Shown: one piece after another, positions 11,646 through 24,650 of the stretch | Numbering within the stretch: position 1 is the stretch's first letter | Layout of the letters: each line of letters opens with the position of its first letter | Assembly: GCA_951406725.2 (NCBI GenBank) | Contig: OX597814.1 | Location: 108,128,001-108,192,000 of the forward strand | DNA length: 64,000 nucleotides | Direction of reading: 5' to 3' | Origin: Octopus vulgaris | Taxonomy: Eukaryota | Notes under the pieces: generated by a model | The model's input: the letters and a program-made list of their open reading frames with translations, nothing else | The model's database searches: none | What the model was told of the DNA's origin: nothing | Made by a program: the position numbers and the translations under genes

Positions 11646-12481
11646 ATGTGAACGATATTTTGAAAACAAGTGTTCAGTATTTAATTTCATACATATAACT
11701 GAGTGAGTGAGTGAGTGAGTGAAGAGTGAGAGAGAGAGAGAGAGAAACTGATAAATACAATTTGTGATAAAAATTGAGTTTATTTTAAAATGTCAGTCTT
11801 CAGAGCCATACCTTTAAACGCTGTTGCCTGCTTTAGCATCTGTCACTGCCACCCACTCCATCTGTTGTTTTACTCATTTTCCCCCCTCACTCACGTGACT
11901 GACAGGACACTCTTTGCATTAATTAAATGCAAGATGCTTTGACTCTGGCAGTCATTTGCCCTCAGTGTCTTGAACCCAGAACACTTATGAATGAAGCTTT
12001 ATAGTTTAAACACTGTCAATCTTCCATCACAGTTATTTCTGGTGCCACAAGAACACCAATCAACCCTTTTAACACCAAGCTACCCGAAACCATCTCTGGT
12101 TGCATGAGACCAACTTCCTGTTTTAAAGTTGAAATTCTTACATAAAAATTTCATCTTTTACATTTTTATTCTTTCTCTTGTTTCAGTCATTTGACCGTGG
12201 CCATGCTGGGGCACTGCCTTGAAAAGTTTTAGTCAGATGAATCAATCCCAGGACTTATTTTTTAAGCCTGGTACTTATTCTATTGGCTTCTTTTGCTGAA
12301 CTGCTAAGTTATGAGGATGTAAACACACCAACACCAATTGTCAAGCATTGGGACAAACACACACACACACACACGACAGGCTTCCTACAGTTTCTATCTA
12401 CCAAATCCAAGTGTGACCGATACCAACTTCTTGTTTAAGAGTGACCTAAATTAAAATCTTCCATCAAAATACTAGCTTTAA

Positions 12482-12909
12482 CCCACTAACTGCCAAATTT
12501 TTTTACTCATATTTTTTGGCTTTGCCCGGTGTCTGAGGAGTTAAAATAATATATTGTATTTAAATTTCCTTCATATGTAAATTAATTTGGAAATTATGAT
12601 AAATTTTTCGAAAAGTCCCAACCAAATGGAGATCGCTGAATAAAAGCATATTTATCCTTTTCTATTCAATTGCAATAATAAACATTTTAGTTTTTTTGAA
12701 ACTATAGTATCGAATGCGAATGTGTATGAAATATCAATGAATGATATAAATGGGAAATGCAAAAAAAAAATTTTCAAAACAGTCAATATTTTTGTAGTTT
12801 AAAAATAGCAATTTATGACATAAAAGCAATTCACTTTAAATACAACAAACAACCGGCAGGGAGACTGTTTTTCGCAGATCCTCAAATGGGGGTCATGGCA
12901 GGAAATGGG
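12482..12909. mobile_element. piggyBac-type MITE
   Basis: TTAA|cccactaactgcc ... ggcaggaaatggg|TTAA. Confidence 0.7.
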
Positions 12910-13216
12910 TTAATAAGGACAAACTTATTCCACTAGATTCTTTATTATTTTCAAAATTAACTGGAACAAAGATGGTGCATTTCGACTGAAATATGGTAAG
13001 AAAAGGGTGAACAGGATTTAAAGGGAATGAAATGATCGTGCTATTGTAATTTACACTGATTATCAAAACAGAAAAACAACTGCAAATTTAAATGGGTTTT
13101 TAATTAATCAACCATAAATTAGTTTGACACACATCATTTGTCTCCTTCCAGAATAAATAAATATATAATTAAGCCAGTGAATATTACTGTTTAATAAAAA
13201 AATAAATGAATATAAT

Positions 13217-13254
13217 TAAACAGGAAGTGATGTTATCACTGTCACCATAGTAAC
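13217..13254. promoter_or_regulatory. Candidate forkhead/ETS/RFX X-box cluster
   Basis: TAAACAGGAAGTG followed by GTCACCATAGTAAC (13241-13254), which fits the X-box consensus GTHNYYATRRNAAC. Surrounding DNA looks non-repetitive. Confidence 0.35.
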
Positions 13255-14566
13255 TAGGAAATAAATTTGTGTGAAACACCCATGAAAGTTAATTCTAGAT
13301 CTGAAAACAACACCTACAGCCAGTCAGCCATTTTAGGTCGTTAATCTTTGGCATTATCTGTAACGTCATAATGTAATGATGCTGTTACTAATTATATCTA
13401 CCCCTATAAGTAGAAAACCCTCTCCCCACCCCAGTTCAGTAAAGATTTGAATAAACAACATATATAAAAGTATTGACAGAAAATTTGTCCCTCTATCCAT
13501 TTATTTGTCAGTTCAACAATGTTTGTTTTACTTACAAACTTGCTACCAGTTTAAATATGTCTGAGGTATACTCGAACCCATAAGAAAGCTTTTTTACTGT
13601 ATTTTGTCATGGTGAAAATTTCTCAATGTAGACAAATAGGTGTAAATATGCAGTCTCGCACGTTGGGTGAAATGCTTAGCGTTATTTCGTCTGCTGTTAT
13701 GTTCTGGGTTCAAATTCCGCCGAGGTTGACTTTGCTTTTCATCCTTTCAGAGTTGATAAATTAAGTACCAGTTACGCACTGGGGTCGATGTAATCAACTT
13801 AATCCCTTTGTCTATCCTTGTTTGTCCCCTCTATGTTTAGCACCTTGTGGACAATAAAAAAATCAGATGTTGCAAGCTGACATGGGAGACAGGTCCCTTT
13901 TATGATATTCTTGTCATCATTCAACGACTGGTTGCACTATTCAGCAGCTCACCATAAATAAAATACAGGGTGATTAGTGCTAAGCTAATTAGCACTAATC
14001 ACCAGTACTGTTTGGTTCATTTCATATTGTTGCAAATGCTGGAGCACCACCATTAGTTGAACAAATCGACTCCTGGACTTATTCTTTGTAAGCTTAGTAC
14101 TTATTCTGTCAGTCTCTTTTGCTGAACTGCCAAGTCACAGGGACGTAAACACACCACCATCGGTTATCAAGCGATGGTGGTGGGGACAGACACAGACACA
14201 CAAATACATACACACACACACATATATATATGATGGGCTTCTTTCAGTTTCCGTCTACCAAATCTACACACAAGGCTTTGGTCGGCCCGAGGCTATAGTG
14301 GAAGACACTTGCTCAAGATGCCATGCAGTGGGACTGAACCCAGAACCATGTGATTGGGAAGCAAGTTTCTTACCACACAGCCACTCCTGTGCCTATATAT
14401 ATATATGAATGTATGTATGAAATCAAAGTACTAAGCAGTGATGTGTACAAATATAAGCTTGTGACCAGTTCATATACAGTTGAGACAGATTTGAACCAGT
14501 CAGAAAGCCATTTTGTATTTTGTCACAGAGAAAAATTCTTGCTGTAGACAAATAGGTGTGGGCGTA

Positions 14567-14609
<43 letters not shown>

Positions 14610-17600
14610 AGTAATATATTAGTAGAGAAAGAGAAGTGGGAAAGAGAGAGAGAGAGTGTGTGCTTGTCTAGTGTAGAATGAAAGAAAGAGAAAAGGAGTT
14701 GAGAGGAATAAGTGTCTCTCTGTGTACATGAGAGAGAGAAAGAAAGAAAGAGAGAGAGCTTCTATATTGTTGACAAAATTTTTCTGCTGGCCAAACAACA
14801 GTTAAAACATTGTTCTTTTGAGATTGGGTTAGTTTTATTTTATTTCATTTTTTTCTTCTGGTTTTAGAAAAAAAAATGCAGAAAGAAAAGGAAAAAGAAG
14901 CTTTCAAGTTAAAAGTGGGAAAAAAAAAAAAAAACAGAAATAAACTATAAATAGGAACGGAATGTATGTAATGGGTGAGAGTAGAGTATACATGGGTGGG
15001 GACTCGTGTGACACACACACACACACACGTACATAGAGAGAAACGCACGCACACAAAAGTATAACCTCCATGTGTATAATTATAGGTTAACAGTGTCTGT
15101 ATACATGTTTGTGTGAACATTCATACATGGATATAACATTAGCATGTATAATTATAGCTTAGTATAGGTGCAAGCGTGGCTGTGTGGTAAGAAGCTTGCT
15201 TCCCAACCACATGGTTCCCAGTTCAGTCCCACTGCATGGCACCTTGGGCAAGTGTCTTCTACTTTTGCCTCGGACTGACCAAAGCCTTGTGAACCGATTT
15301 GGTTGACAGAAACTGGAAGAAGCCCATCATATTTATGAGTGTGTGTGTGTGTGTCCTATCACCACTTGATAACCAGTGTTGGTGTGTTTTTGTCCATGTA
15401 ACTTGCTGAGGTTGATTTTGCCTTTCATCCTTTTTAGGGTTGATAAAATAAGCACCAGTTGAGCACTTGGGTCAATGTAATCAACTTACCCACTTCTCCT
15501 AAAATTGCTGGCCTTGTGCCAAAATTATTAGCTGGTGTGCATAAGCAAAAGCAGGGTAATCACTTGTCTTTGTCTGTGTGTTAGCAAAATTACTGAAAAA
15601 CAGCTGAACAGATTTTCACCAAATTTTAGTAGAAATACTCATTGGGAGAGTGGCTCAAAATGATGAAAATTTGGTTTGATTATCTTCAAGCATACATAAA
15701 TACATACACAGATATGCGACTGTGTGTGTGCATGTACAGTGATGAATTCAAGGGTTTCATTTATTTCTGAGTTGATTTCTTAATTTCACTGCGGTATAGA
15801 TACTTATAAATATGTTAATTAAAGAAAAAAAATCAAACTTACAAATTTCTCAATAACCAAGCGGTCGTATTATTTATATCCAACAATGAACTACAGTACT
15901 TTGATTCACCTGCCATCATTGAAAGATGTTCAAAACACTCCTCAAATTCTATGCAATATTTTCTACAACTATTTCATCTTGTTCACTTTCTTTTTCATAT
16001 GAATCAACCCTCGTCTGCGTGTGTATACATCATGGTGTACCTATGCGCATAGACATGTGTACATACATAGATATGCGACTGTGCATGCAGAGTGACAGAT
16101 TTGAGGGTTTCGCTTATTTACGAGTAGATTTCTTAATCTCACCAGAGTATAAATACCTATAATGGTGATACTTAAAACATTAAAAAAAAACCCAACAAAA
16201 ATTGAACTTACAAATTTCCTGATAAGCAAGTTTAATCCAACACTTACAAAGCTTAATTCAGTTCAATTAAAAAGCATGAATAACCAATGCATGTTAAGCC
16301 ACACTAGAATTTGCCAAAAAAATTTATCTGAAACAAGTAAAAGAATAAAAGACTTGTTTTTATTTTTCATCAATACACCCCCACCCCACAAGCATACTCA
16401 TACCCGAAATATACTCCAAATTTATTTCATCTCAACAATTATATAATCTTCCCCTTGTTAATCATTGTCCTTCCTTATCTCTCTATCTTTCATCCGCGAA
16501 ACTACCCTTTCTCTTACTTCGTTCCCTAATGCTGTCTGTTAGTCTCTCCACAGAACCCATTACCATTTAAATCAGCCATATCTGGCCCAAGATGTTTTAC
16601 ATTGAAACTGACTGGATCCAGCCTCTCACACTTATCCTACAATGCCATTGTATAAATAAGCAATCACATCACTGTAATCTTACAGCTGCAAGATAATGCC
16701 TGATTAATTTAAAACAACAGCATCATCATCGTTTAACGTCCGTTTTCCATGCTGGTATGGGTTGGACGGTTCAGCTGGGGTCTGGGAAGCCAGGAGGCTG
16801 CACCAGGCTCCAGTCTGATCTGGCAGTGTTTCTACAGCTGGATGCCAACCACTCTGAGAGTGAAGTGGGTACTTTTTTTATGTGTCACTGGCACAGGGGG
16901 CTGGCATCGACCATGATCAGATGGTGCTTTTTATGTGCCACTGGCATGGAAGCCAGTCAATGCGGCGCTGGCATTACGCTTGACAAACTAACCTGAACTC
17001 TAAAAGGTTAAAGCCTTTCACAGTAACAAACCTGTTCTTGGCTTTCCCCATCAGAATTTAACTTCTCAGCACCATTCCTAAGTCACTACTCTCTCCCCCA
17101 TCCTTCCCCTCAGCTGTGGGAGCTCGTTAGTCTTGGAGTTACACAGTCACCTCAGTGGTGCTGGTCCACATGAAAAGCACCCTCTACACTCTGCAAAATG
17201 AATGGCACTAGGAAGGAAAACAAACCACAGAAACCATCTGTGGTCCTTCATCCAACCCATCCTAATGTGGAAAGTAAACACAAAATGACAATGATGGTGG
17301 CAGCAGGGGTGGTAATGACAATGGCGATGATTCTGATGCTGATGGTGATGATGCTGATGGTGATGATAGCAGTGGTGATGGCGATAATGGTGGTGACGAT
17401 GTATTTACTCTGCAGATAAAAATCCTGAAGATGAATTTAGTGATGCTGTAATTGGTCTGGCAATGAATTGACCAAATATATTGGTTCACAATGAAACTAG
17501 CAAACTATAGAATTACAAGAAATGGTATCATTTTCTGTGATGTAATTATTTGCAATGAATTTAATTAATACCATTCTGTGTATGACATATTTGATGCAAA

Positions 17601-18266
17601 GAAACATAGGAAGTGATTTCATTCTGTCACTTGATCTCCACTGGGTTTTCCGTTTCTGTTGTGTGCATCACACCAATTCCTTGACAGAAGCAAATACCAC
17701 AAACATTTCAACATTTATCAGCAATGATAGCGTTGCTATTTATGCCAAAGTGTAGTAAGTCCAAAACGTTGCTTTTTCAGAAAACGAAAAAATTGTTTCA
17801 CCATTCCATAGCAAACCCATTGTACTACACTTTGACGATTTAAAAGTAAGAATTTCCAAATATATAAGTGTCTCTATAAATAGTTGTCTATCTATCTATC
17901 CCTATATATATAGTGTGCGTGTATGTGTGTGTGCATATATACATCCCCCCATCCCATCCCTTAGACCTCACCCTTGCTTCTCCCACACCCCAACACACCA
18001 CACCACACACACTAGCACTGACCACTTCCCAGCACCCACACCATCATCCACACACGCACATGTCAATGTCATCAGCCCCCTTCCACATGCACATACCCGC
18101 TCTCACATAGACAAGCATGCACACCTTCGTTTTGGGATCACCACTACTTTATTATCTCCCCTTCTTCCTAACTCTCCTGTGTGACCCCTCTGTCCAGCAT
18201 TTGCCATGATAGATCACTAGCCACTATACCTTTTTCTATTTTCTCTCCCTGTTTATTTCTGTGTTC

Positions 18267-18302
18267 CTTTCTGTTGAAGAGTGTAGGCTCAAAATGTAAA
18301 AG
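18267..18302 (+). ncRNA. Second copy of the CUGUUGA hammerhead-like motif (decayed)
   Basis: cttt-CTGTTGA-a-gagt-gtag-gctc-aAAA-tg-TA-aaag. Flanks are homologous to 2250-2400. Confidence 0.35.
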
Positions 18303-19353
18303 ATCTCACTTCCTGAGCATTAAACTAATACATCTTTGTCTTTTGTTTTTTTGTAAATTCTCACTATACATACACACACATGCATGTATATTGTTGCTAT
18401 TATGCAAAAGTGTCGTAATTTAAAATGTAGCTTTTTCAGAAAACGAAAAAATAGTTTTATCATTCCATAGCAAAACCGTTGTACTACACTTTGACAATTT
18501 TTGATATCTTGGCACCTAAAGCAGCTGGAGATATGATAGTTTGACCAAAAGAACCCGCTATTGCAAGCAAAAATAAATATTAAAAAAAAAAACACATTTG
18601 GCCAAATTTGGATATACGACAATTTAAAATAATAGCAACGATATGCAGCAACCCACCAATTTGTTGGCCCAGAATTTTTGTATCTGAAAAAAGAAGACAT
18701 GATTTGGAGGTAGGTCAATATGTATTTGAGGAGCAAGAATGTTTCTATAGCATCTTGATGTAATTCTGGCATTCCTCAAAGCTCCTTGAAACAGCCATTT
18801 TGACTGTTGGATCAGCGCTGTGCTCCAAAAGAATCAATCCTATATTGTAAGCTTCACAGAATCCACAAACATTAACTACTGTGGGGAACTAATTTTTAGT
18901 GAGCTAAGTCACATAAATCAACCAGTACAGGACTTATACACACACCTTCTCTACAAATACACAAGTTAACTTGACATATGCTTAAACTGCAGGCTTGTAT
19001 GCAGGGCTTCTCTGTGTTTCAGTATTCAAATTCCGCCAAGGTCGACTTTGCCTTTCATCCTTTTGGGGTCGATAAATTAAGTACCAGTTACGCACTGGGG
19101 TCGATGTAATCGACTTAATCCCTTCGTCTGTCCTTGTTTGTCCCCTCTGTGTTTAGCCCCTTGTGGGTAGTAAAGAAATATATAGTAGAAGATGCTTGCC
19201 CAAGGTGCCACACAGTGGGACCAAACTCAGAACCATGTGGTTGGGAAAGCAAACATCTTATCACACAGCCATGCCTGCACGTATATAAAGGTATACAACT
19301 GCTTATAGAAGAAAGTGCGAAAATACAGAAGAGATAGAAAGAGCATCACTTAC

Positions 19354-19724
19354 TTGTCTACTAGTGTTCTGAGTAGTGTAAGAGCCTCCAATACCAAAGA
19401 GTCAATATCTCCAACAGAATACAAGAGTAAGCCCTGATTCTCCATGTAACGTCCTCCATGATGTAACATCTCACTGACCATCAGCTCACTGACGTCATCA
19501 TAGTTACGCCGCACCGAAGTCGCTGCCAACTCATTTCGATTCGTTACTAAAGCCGGTGACGCACGAACAGAATTTGTACTGTGTCCATAACCTTCAAATC
19601 CAGCTCCAGATGTCAGTGCCGGTGTTGCTGTTGTTGTTACCGTCGTCGTCGTCGTGGTAGTTGTGGTTGTTGATGTTGAATGCCTGGGCTGTTGTGACCT
19701 ATCCTTGCATAAACAAGTGCCCAT
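19354..19724 (-). CDS. RSPRY1: First coding exon of RING finger and SPRY domain-containing protein 1
   Basis: aagATGg (strong Kozak context) starts MGTCLCKD..., a poly-Thr tract, then GDIDSLVLEALTLLRTLVD. This matches vertebrate RSPRY1 MGNSCIC...NVDGLVLDTLAVIRTLVDN as recalled. Phase-2 donor AA|GTAAGT at 19353; in-frame stop upstream of the ATG. Confidence 0.85.
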
Positions 19725-19851
19725 CTTGCTGCTGGTGATGCAAACTGGAACTGGGGGTAGTTTGAAACCCACAGTGAAGACACACGTGTCTGGCAGAATT
19801 TATTTTGGAATGGAACAAGGCAGAAGCAGCGGTAATGGCTAGATGCGTCAT
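19699..19851 (-). promoter_or_regulatory. Out-of-frame upstream ORF (50 aa) overlapping the RSPRY1 start
   Basis: The only upstream ATG in the exon is at 19851 (weak context tcaATGa). The ORF MTHLAITAAS...HLFMQG* ends at 19699, past the main ATG. Confidence 0.5.
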
Positions 19852-19922
19852 TGAGGGATTCTCTGGTGCTGAAAACCCAACTATAATATGTAGAGAGAAC
19901 TGGGAATTGTCTCTGGTAAAGG
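19725..19922 (-). other. RSPRY1: 5'UTR portion of the RSPRY1 exon with its splice acceptor
   Basis: Polypyrimidine tract tttttcgtcttttctcttgtcttttgCAG| ends at 19923, implying an upstream non-coding exon that was not located. Confidence 0.7.
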
Positions 19923-21109
19923 CTGCAAAAGACAAGAGAAAAGACGAAAAAATATTTTAGGAAATAGAATGAGACGGGTTTTTTATGAAAAGATAATTTC
20001 AAGTTTTGTTGCTGATGTAAGTGTCATCATCATCATTGTTTAACGTTTGCTTTCCATGATGGCATGTGTTGGATGGTTTGGGTTAGGGTGAGGACTGGTG
20101 GGCCAGTAGGCTGCACCAGGCTCCTGATCTGGCAAAGTTTCAACAGCTGGATGCCCTTCCTAATGCCAACCACTATGAGAGTGTAGTGGGTGCTTTTACA
20201 TGCCACTGGCATGAGGGTCAGTGAAGCGGTTCTGGCAACGACCACGCTCAAAAGGTGTTTTTTATGTGCTACCTGCATGGGAACCAATCCATGGTCCTGG
20301 GAATGATCGTGCTCGGATATGTTTTTAATGTTCCACTGGCACGAGTGGGGGGGAAAAAAGAGAGAGAGATGCGTGATCCATGCGGGGACAAACACGCGAG
20401 CAGTATAGGGATAGGTAAGTAAAAAGATCAAGGTGATTAAAAGGGATATAAAACGCCAGTCTGAGAAAGTTACAAAGGCCAGAAGCAATTTTCAAAATTT
20501 AGTGGCCCCCAGAGCAGTGTGGTAATTTTATAGATTAAACAAAAAGTTACCATGATGATGACAACAGCACAAATAATGTTGGTGATGACAGCAACACATA
20601 ATGATAAATATGATGAAGAACAAATATCAACAATAATGATGACAAATAGCGTTTGGTAGGCATGGCTTTGTGGTAAGAAGTTTGTTTCTCAATGTCATGG
20701 TTCCAGGTTCAGTTCCTATGTGTAGCACCTTGGGCAAGTGTTCTCAATTATAGCCTCGAGCCAGCCAAAGCCTTGTGCATGGATTTGCTAGATAGAAACT
20801 GAAAGAAGCCCTCCTATATTACAACATCCATTTCACCACTTTATTTCCAAAACAAATTTTTAAAAAATGAAACACTGAACTACTTTAAGTAAGAAGAAAT
20901 GCTAATATTGTATAAAAGAATAATTTGAAATAAAAACAAATTTCGTTAGAGCTTTAAAATTAGGAAGGAAAAAAAATCTACAAATAAGTTTTTGTGTAGC
21001 AAAACCGACTTCTTCCTGTAATGCCATCCTCTAAAAAAAGACTATTTAAAGAAAACAATTCTTTGAAAATTAACAGATTTTTCAGAAAATAGTTGAAATG
21101 TTTATTTTT

Positions 21110-21376
21110 ATATTTACATTATTTACATTTGACGGATATTTGTCCTCATCTTGTTTGTCGTTAACACAACGTTTTGGCTGATATACCCTCCAGCCTTCAT
21201 CAGGTGTCTTGGGGGAAATTTTGAACCTGGGTTCTCATTCCTAAGATATTTTTCGATGTTACTATCATTATTATTATTCAGGTCACTGCTTGGAATCAAA
21301 CTTGGAATCTTGGAGTAAGTAGCCCGCGCTCTTAACCATTATGCCATATACCCATGGGCATATGGCATAGTGGTTA
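21110..21376 (-). mobile_element. tRNA-headed short element with hammerhead tail and inverted 5' end (candidate PLE-dependent SINE), copy 1
   Basis: Minus strand: TGGCATAATGG (box A-like), GTTTGATTCC (box B-like), then gacac-CTGATGA-a-ggctg..cagcc-aAAA-cg-TT-gtgtt. Palindrome at 21333-21376. Confidence 0.7.
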
Positions 21377-22194
21377 TTTTTTTTATTAAAAATAAATTTT
21401 CTTTAAGATGTTAGTCTTTTGGAGTGGAATACAATATTTTATCCATTTAATCAAAGTTTGTTTGGTACACTGAAGAGAATTTATTTTCTTTATAAGAAAT
21501 AAATTAAAATCAACATTATCTTTATATTTATTGTTCAATAGGTGCAGGGTTGGCTGTGTAGTAAGATTCTGCTTCCCAACCACAGGATTCTGGGTTCAGT
21601 CCCACTGGTCTTCTACTATAGCACTGGGCCAACCATAGCCTTGTGAGAGGATTTGGATGATGGGAACAGAAAGAAGCCTGTTGTATATATCTATGTGCGT
21701 GTGTCTTTGTGTTAGTGTCCCACCACCACTTGACAACTGGTGTTGAGGTGTTTACATTCCTGTAACTTAGCGGTTCAGCAAAAGAGACCAATAGAATAAA
21801 GACCAGGCTTAAAAAAATGTACTGAGGTAGATTTGTTTGACTAAGATTATTCAAGACAGTGCCCCAGTATGACCGCAGTCAAATGACAAACAGGTAAAAG
21901 AAATTATACAAGGTAAGGCAGTGAGCTGTACCAGTTACACATTGGGGTCGATATAATCAACTTAATTTGTTTGTCTGTCCTTGTTTGTTCCCTCTGTGTT
22001 TAGCCCCTTGTGGGTAGTAAAGAAATAGGTATTTCATCAGTCTTTACATTTTGAGTTCAAATTCCACCGAAGTCGACTTTGCCTTTAATCCTTTTGGGGT
22101 TGATAAATTAAGTATCAGTTGCATACTGGGGTCGATCTACCCCCCCCCCCCCCAATTTCAGGCCTTGTGCCTAGAGTAGAAAAGATAAATTATT

Positions 22195-22827
22195 CAGGGT
22201 TGGCCAAAAGTCACCCAACTAAATCAAAATTCCATAAATATTCAATTTTATTTATTCATTTGAATTATGAATGTTTAATAATTGAATGCTATGAGTTTAA
22301 AAGAAAAAAAAAATCACCGTTTTTTTTTTTTTGTCAACAGGTGTAGGAGTGGCTGTGTGGTAAGTAGCTTGCTTACCAACCACATGGTTCCGGATTCAGT
22401 CCCACTGCGTGGCACCTTGGGCAAGTGTCTTCTACTATAGCCTCGGGCTGACCAAAGCCTTGTGAGTGGATTTGGTAGACAGAAACTGAAAGAAGCCAGT
22501 CGTATATATGTATATGTAAATGTGTGTATTTGTGTGTCTATGTTTGTCCTCCCCACCATCGCTTGACAACCAATGCTGGTGTGTTTACATCCCCGTAACT
22601 TAGCAGTCTGGCAAAAGAGATCGATAGAATAAGTACTAGGCTTACAAAGAATAAGTCCTGGGGTCAATTTGCTCGACTAAAGGCGATGCTCCAGCATGGC
22701 CGCAGTCAAATGACTGAAACAAGTAAAAGAGTAAATTTGTCTATGAATTAGCAAAGATTCATATGAAATAAATTTTTGTTTTAACCTTGGTTTTGACTTA
22801 CTGTCAGGTGATTTTTGGCCAACCTTG
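22195..22827. mobile_element. Tc1/mariner-type MITE interrupted by a SINE
   Basis: TIRs cagggttggccaaaagtcacc and ggtgatttttggccaaccttg|ta. Confidence 0.65.
22340..22735 (+). mobile_element. Full-length SINE family A copy
   Basis: Complete from head ggtgtaggagtggctgtgtggtaagtagc to tail gactgaaacaagtaaaagagtaaa. Confidence 0.9.
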
Positions 22828-23507
22828 TATGCACATTCCTCCTCCTGGTGCTACCAAGGATACTTGAAAAATATATTAATATAACCTGGTTGCCATGTTT
22901 GTTTATTAACACAATAAACTGAATGAAGTCGTGAAGAAAATGCATAGCAAAAAAAAAAGAGTTTTACTCTTTCACACGTTTCAGTCATTTGAATGTGGCC
23001 ATGCTGGAGCTCTGCCTTTAGTGAAGGAAATCAACCCTAGTACTTATTCTAACGGTCTCTTTTGCTGAACTGCTAAGTTTCAGGGACATAAACACATCAA
23101 CACTGGTTGTCAAGCGGTGGTGGGGGACACACAAACACACAAATACATAACATCCAGTATTTTAAATCTGGATTTTGTCCCCGTTAACAGGGGTGGCTGG
23201 ATCTACCTCAATGCCATAGCAACCAATGTAGGCAGGTGCAGCCCACCCCAACCTTTGGGCTGGCTCATGCCCATTCTCCTTTGCTGTCATGAGGTTTTTT
23301 TGGAGCTAGATTTTCTATGGGGAGCATGCCCTTGCTTACCCCCAACCTCAGTTTCTAGACATGAGTGGTCCCGAGACTAAGGCTTCTACCATGAATTTTA
23401 AGAAATGTGATGGAAAACTAGCTCAGGAAGGCAGGGATACTATTCCCTGAGACCCCTTTTGGAGCCCCCCCCCTACTTAATATACACACATGTATATGTA
23501 TGTATAT

Positions 23508-23697
23508 GCATACATACATATATGTACCTACCTACATATATATATATATACATGCATACATACATATATGTACCTACCTACATATATATATATATACATG
23601 CATACATACATATATGTACCTACCTACATATATATATATACATGCATACATACATATATGTACCTACCTACATATATATATATATACATGCATATAT
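23508..23697. repeat. ~44-46 bp minisatellite, ~4 copies (catgcatacatacatatatgtacctacctacatatata...)
   Basis: Direct inspection. Confidence 0.9.
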
Positions 23698-24337
23698 AGG
23701 TACAGGACACCAAAAAAAACGGGGACAAAATCCAGATTTAAAACACTGGATGATATGTATTTGTGTGTTTGTGTGTCCCCCACCACCGCTTGACAACCAG
23801 TGTTGTCAGCCTGAGGCTATAGTAGAAGATACTTGCCCAAGGTGCCACGCAGTGGGACTGAACCTGGAACCACACAGTCACGTCTGTGCCTATTTTTCTG
23901 TACTGTATATTAATTAGTCTGCTTAACGTGTACATAATATCTTGGGTTTATCAACAATTCACCTCTTTTAGAACAGTACATTAGGGTCGGTGAAAAAGCC
24001 ATGAACGGAAGGTAGCATCTTGTTAAATGTATAAAAATGTTTGACAAAACCTGTCAGATATTGTAAAATATGTCCACAGTAACAGAAAAAGAAGACATAA
24101 CTATAGAGTCATGGGAAGCATATCCTGTTATGGAAGTAACCATTAGATAGTTGGGAGGGTTAACATACTTTACATACAATCCTGGCTATGAAATTTCATA
24201 CATTAAACACCAACAAAGTTAATTTAACACTTCAGCATTCACATTGTTTGGGTCTAATGTAAAGCTTATTCATTCACATGGTTTTAAATTAAACAGGCAT
24301 TATTTCATTGCTTCAAGATTTCAATGGTGTGTTTGTA

Positions 24338-24650
24338 CAGGGTGTCCCAAAAAGTCACTGATTGGTTTCAGTTTTTAATAACTTCCTTAATTTTACAAAT
24401 AAATGCATGAAATTTTGATACAATATAAAGGACATAATGGAAATTTAATATGCACATGTCAAATTTTGCAACACCACTACATCACATGAAAAATGACATT
24501 GCTTAAATGGCAGCCATTTTCGACTTTGCATGTCCTTGCTCTTTCCAGAATTTATACCATAACACCCTCAAGAGTTTCAGACCCACTTCTTTGATTTCTC
24601 CATTGATGTTCTTCTTCAGTTGTTCCAGGGTCTCTGGTTTGTTGATGAAA
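24338..24650 (-). mobile_element. Tc1/IS630-like transposon 3' fragment with TIR
   Basis: TA|cagggtgtcccaaaaagt terminus. Minus strand FINKPETLEQLKKNINGEIKEV..LLRVL resembles a Tc1-type transposase C-terminus. Confidence 0.65.

Noticed and set aside
1-19353. Next RSPRY1 exon (expected DQEPP...DPLGPAVI...DECPLP-like)
   Set aside because: Not found by eye on the minus strand; probably lies beyond the window start.
21280-21353. Functional tRNA gene
   Set aside because: No convincing acceptor stem or cloverleaf, and it is fused to a repeated body; treated as a SINE-type head.
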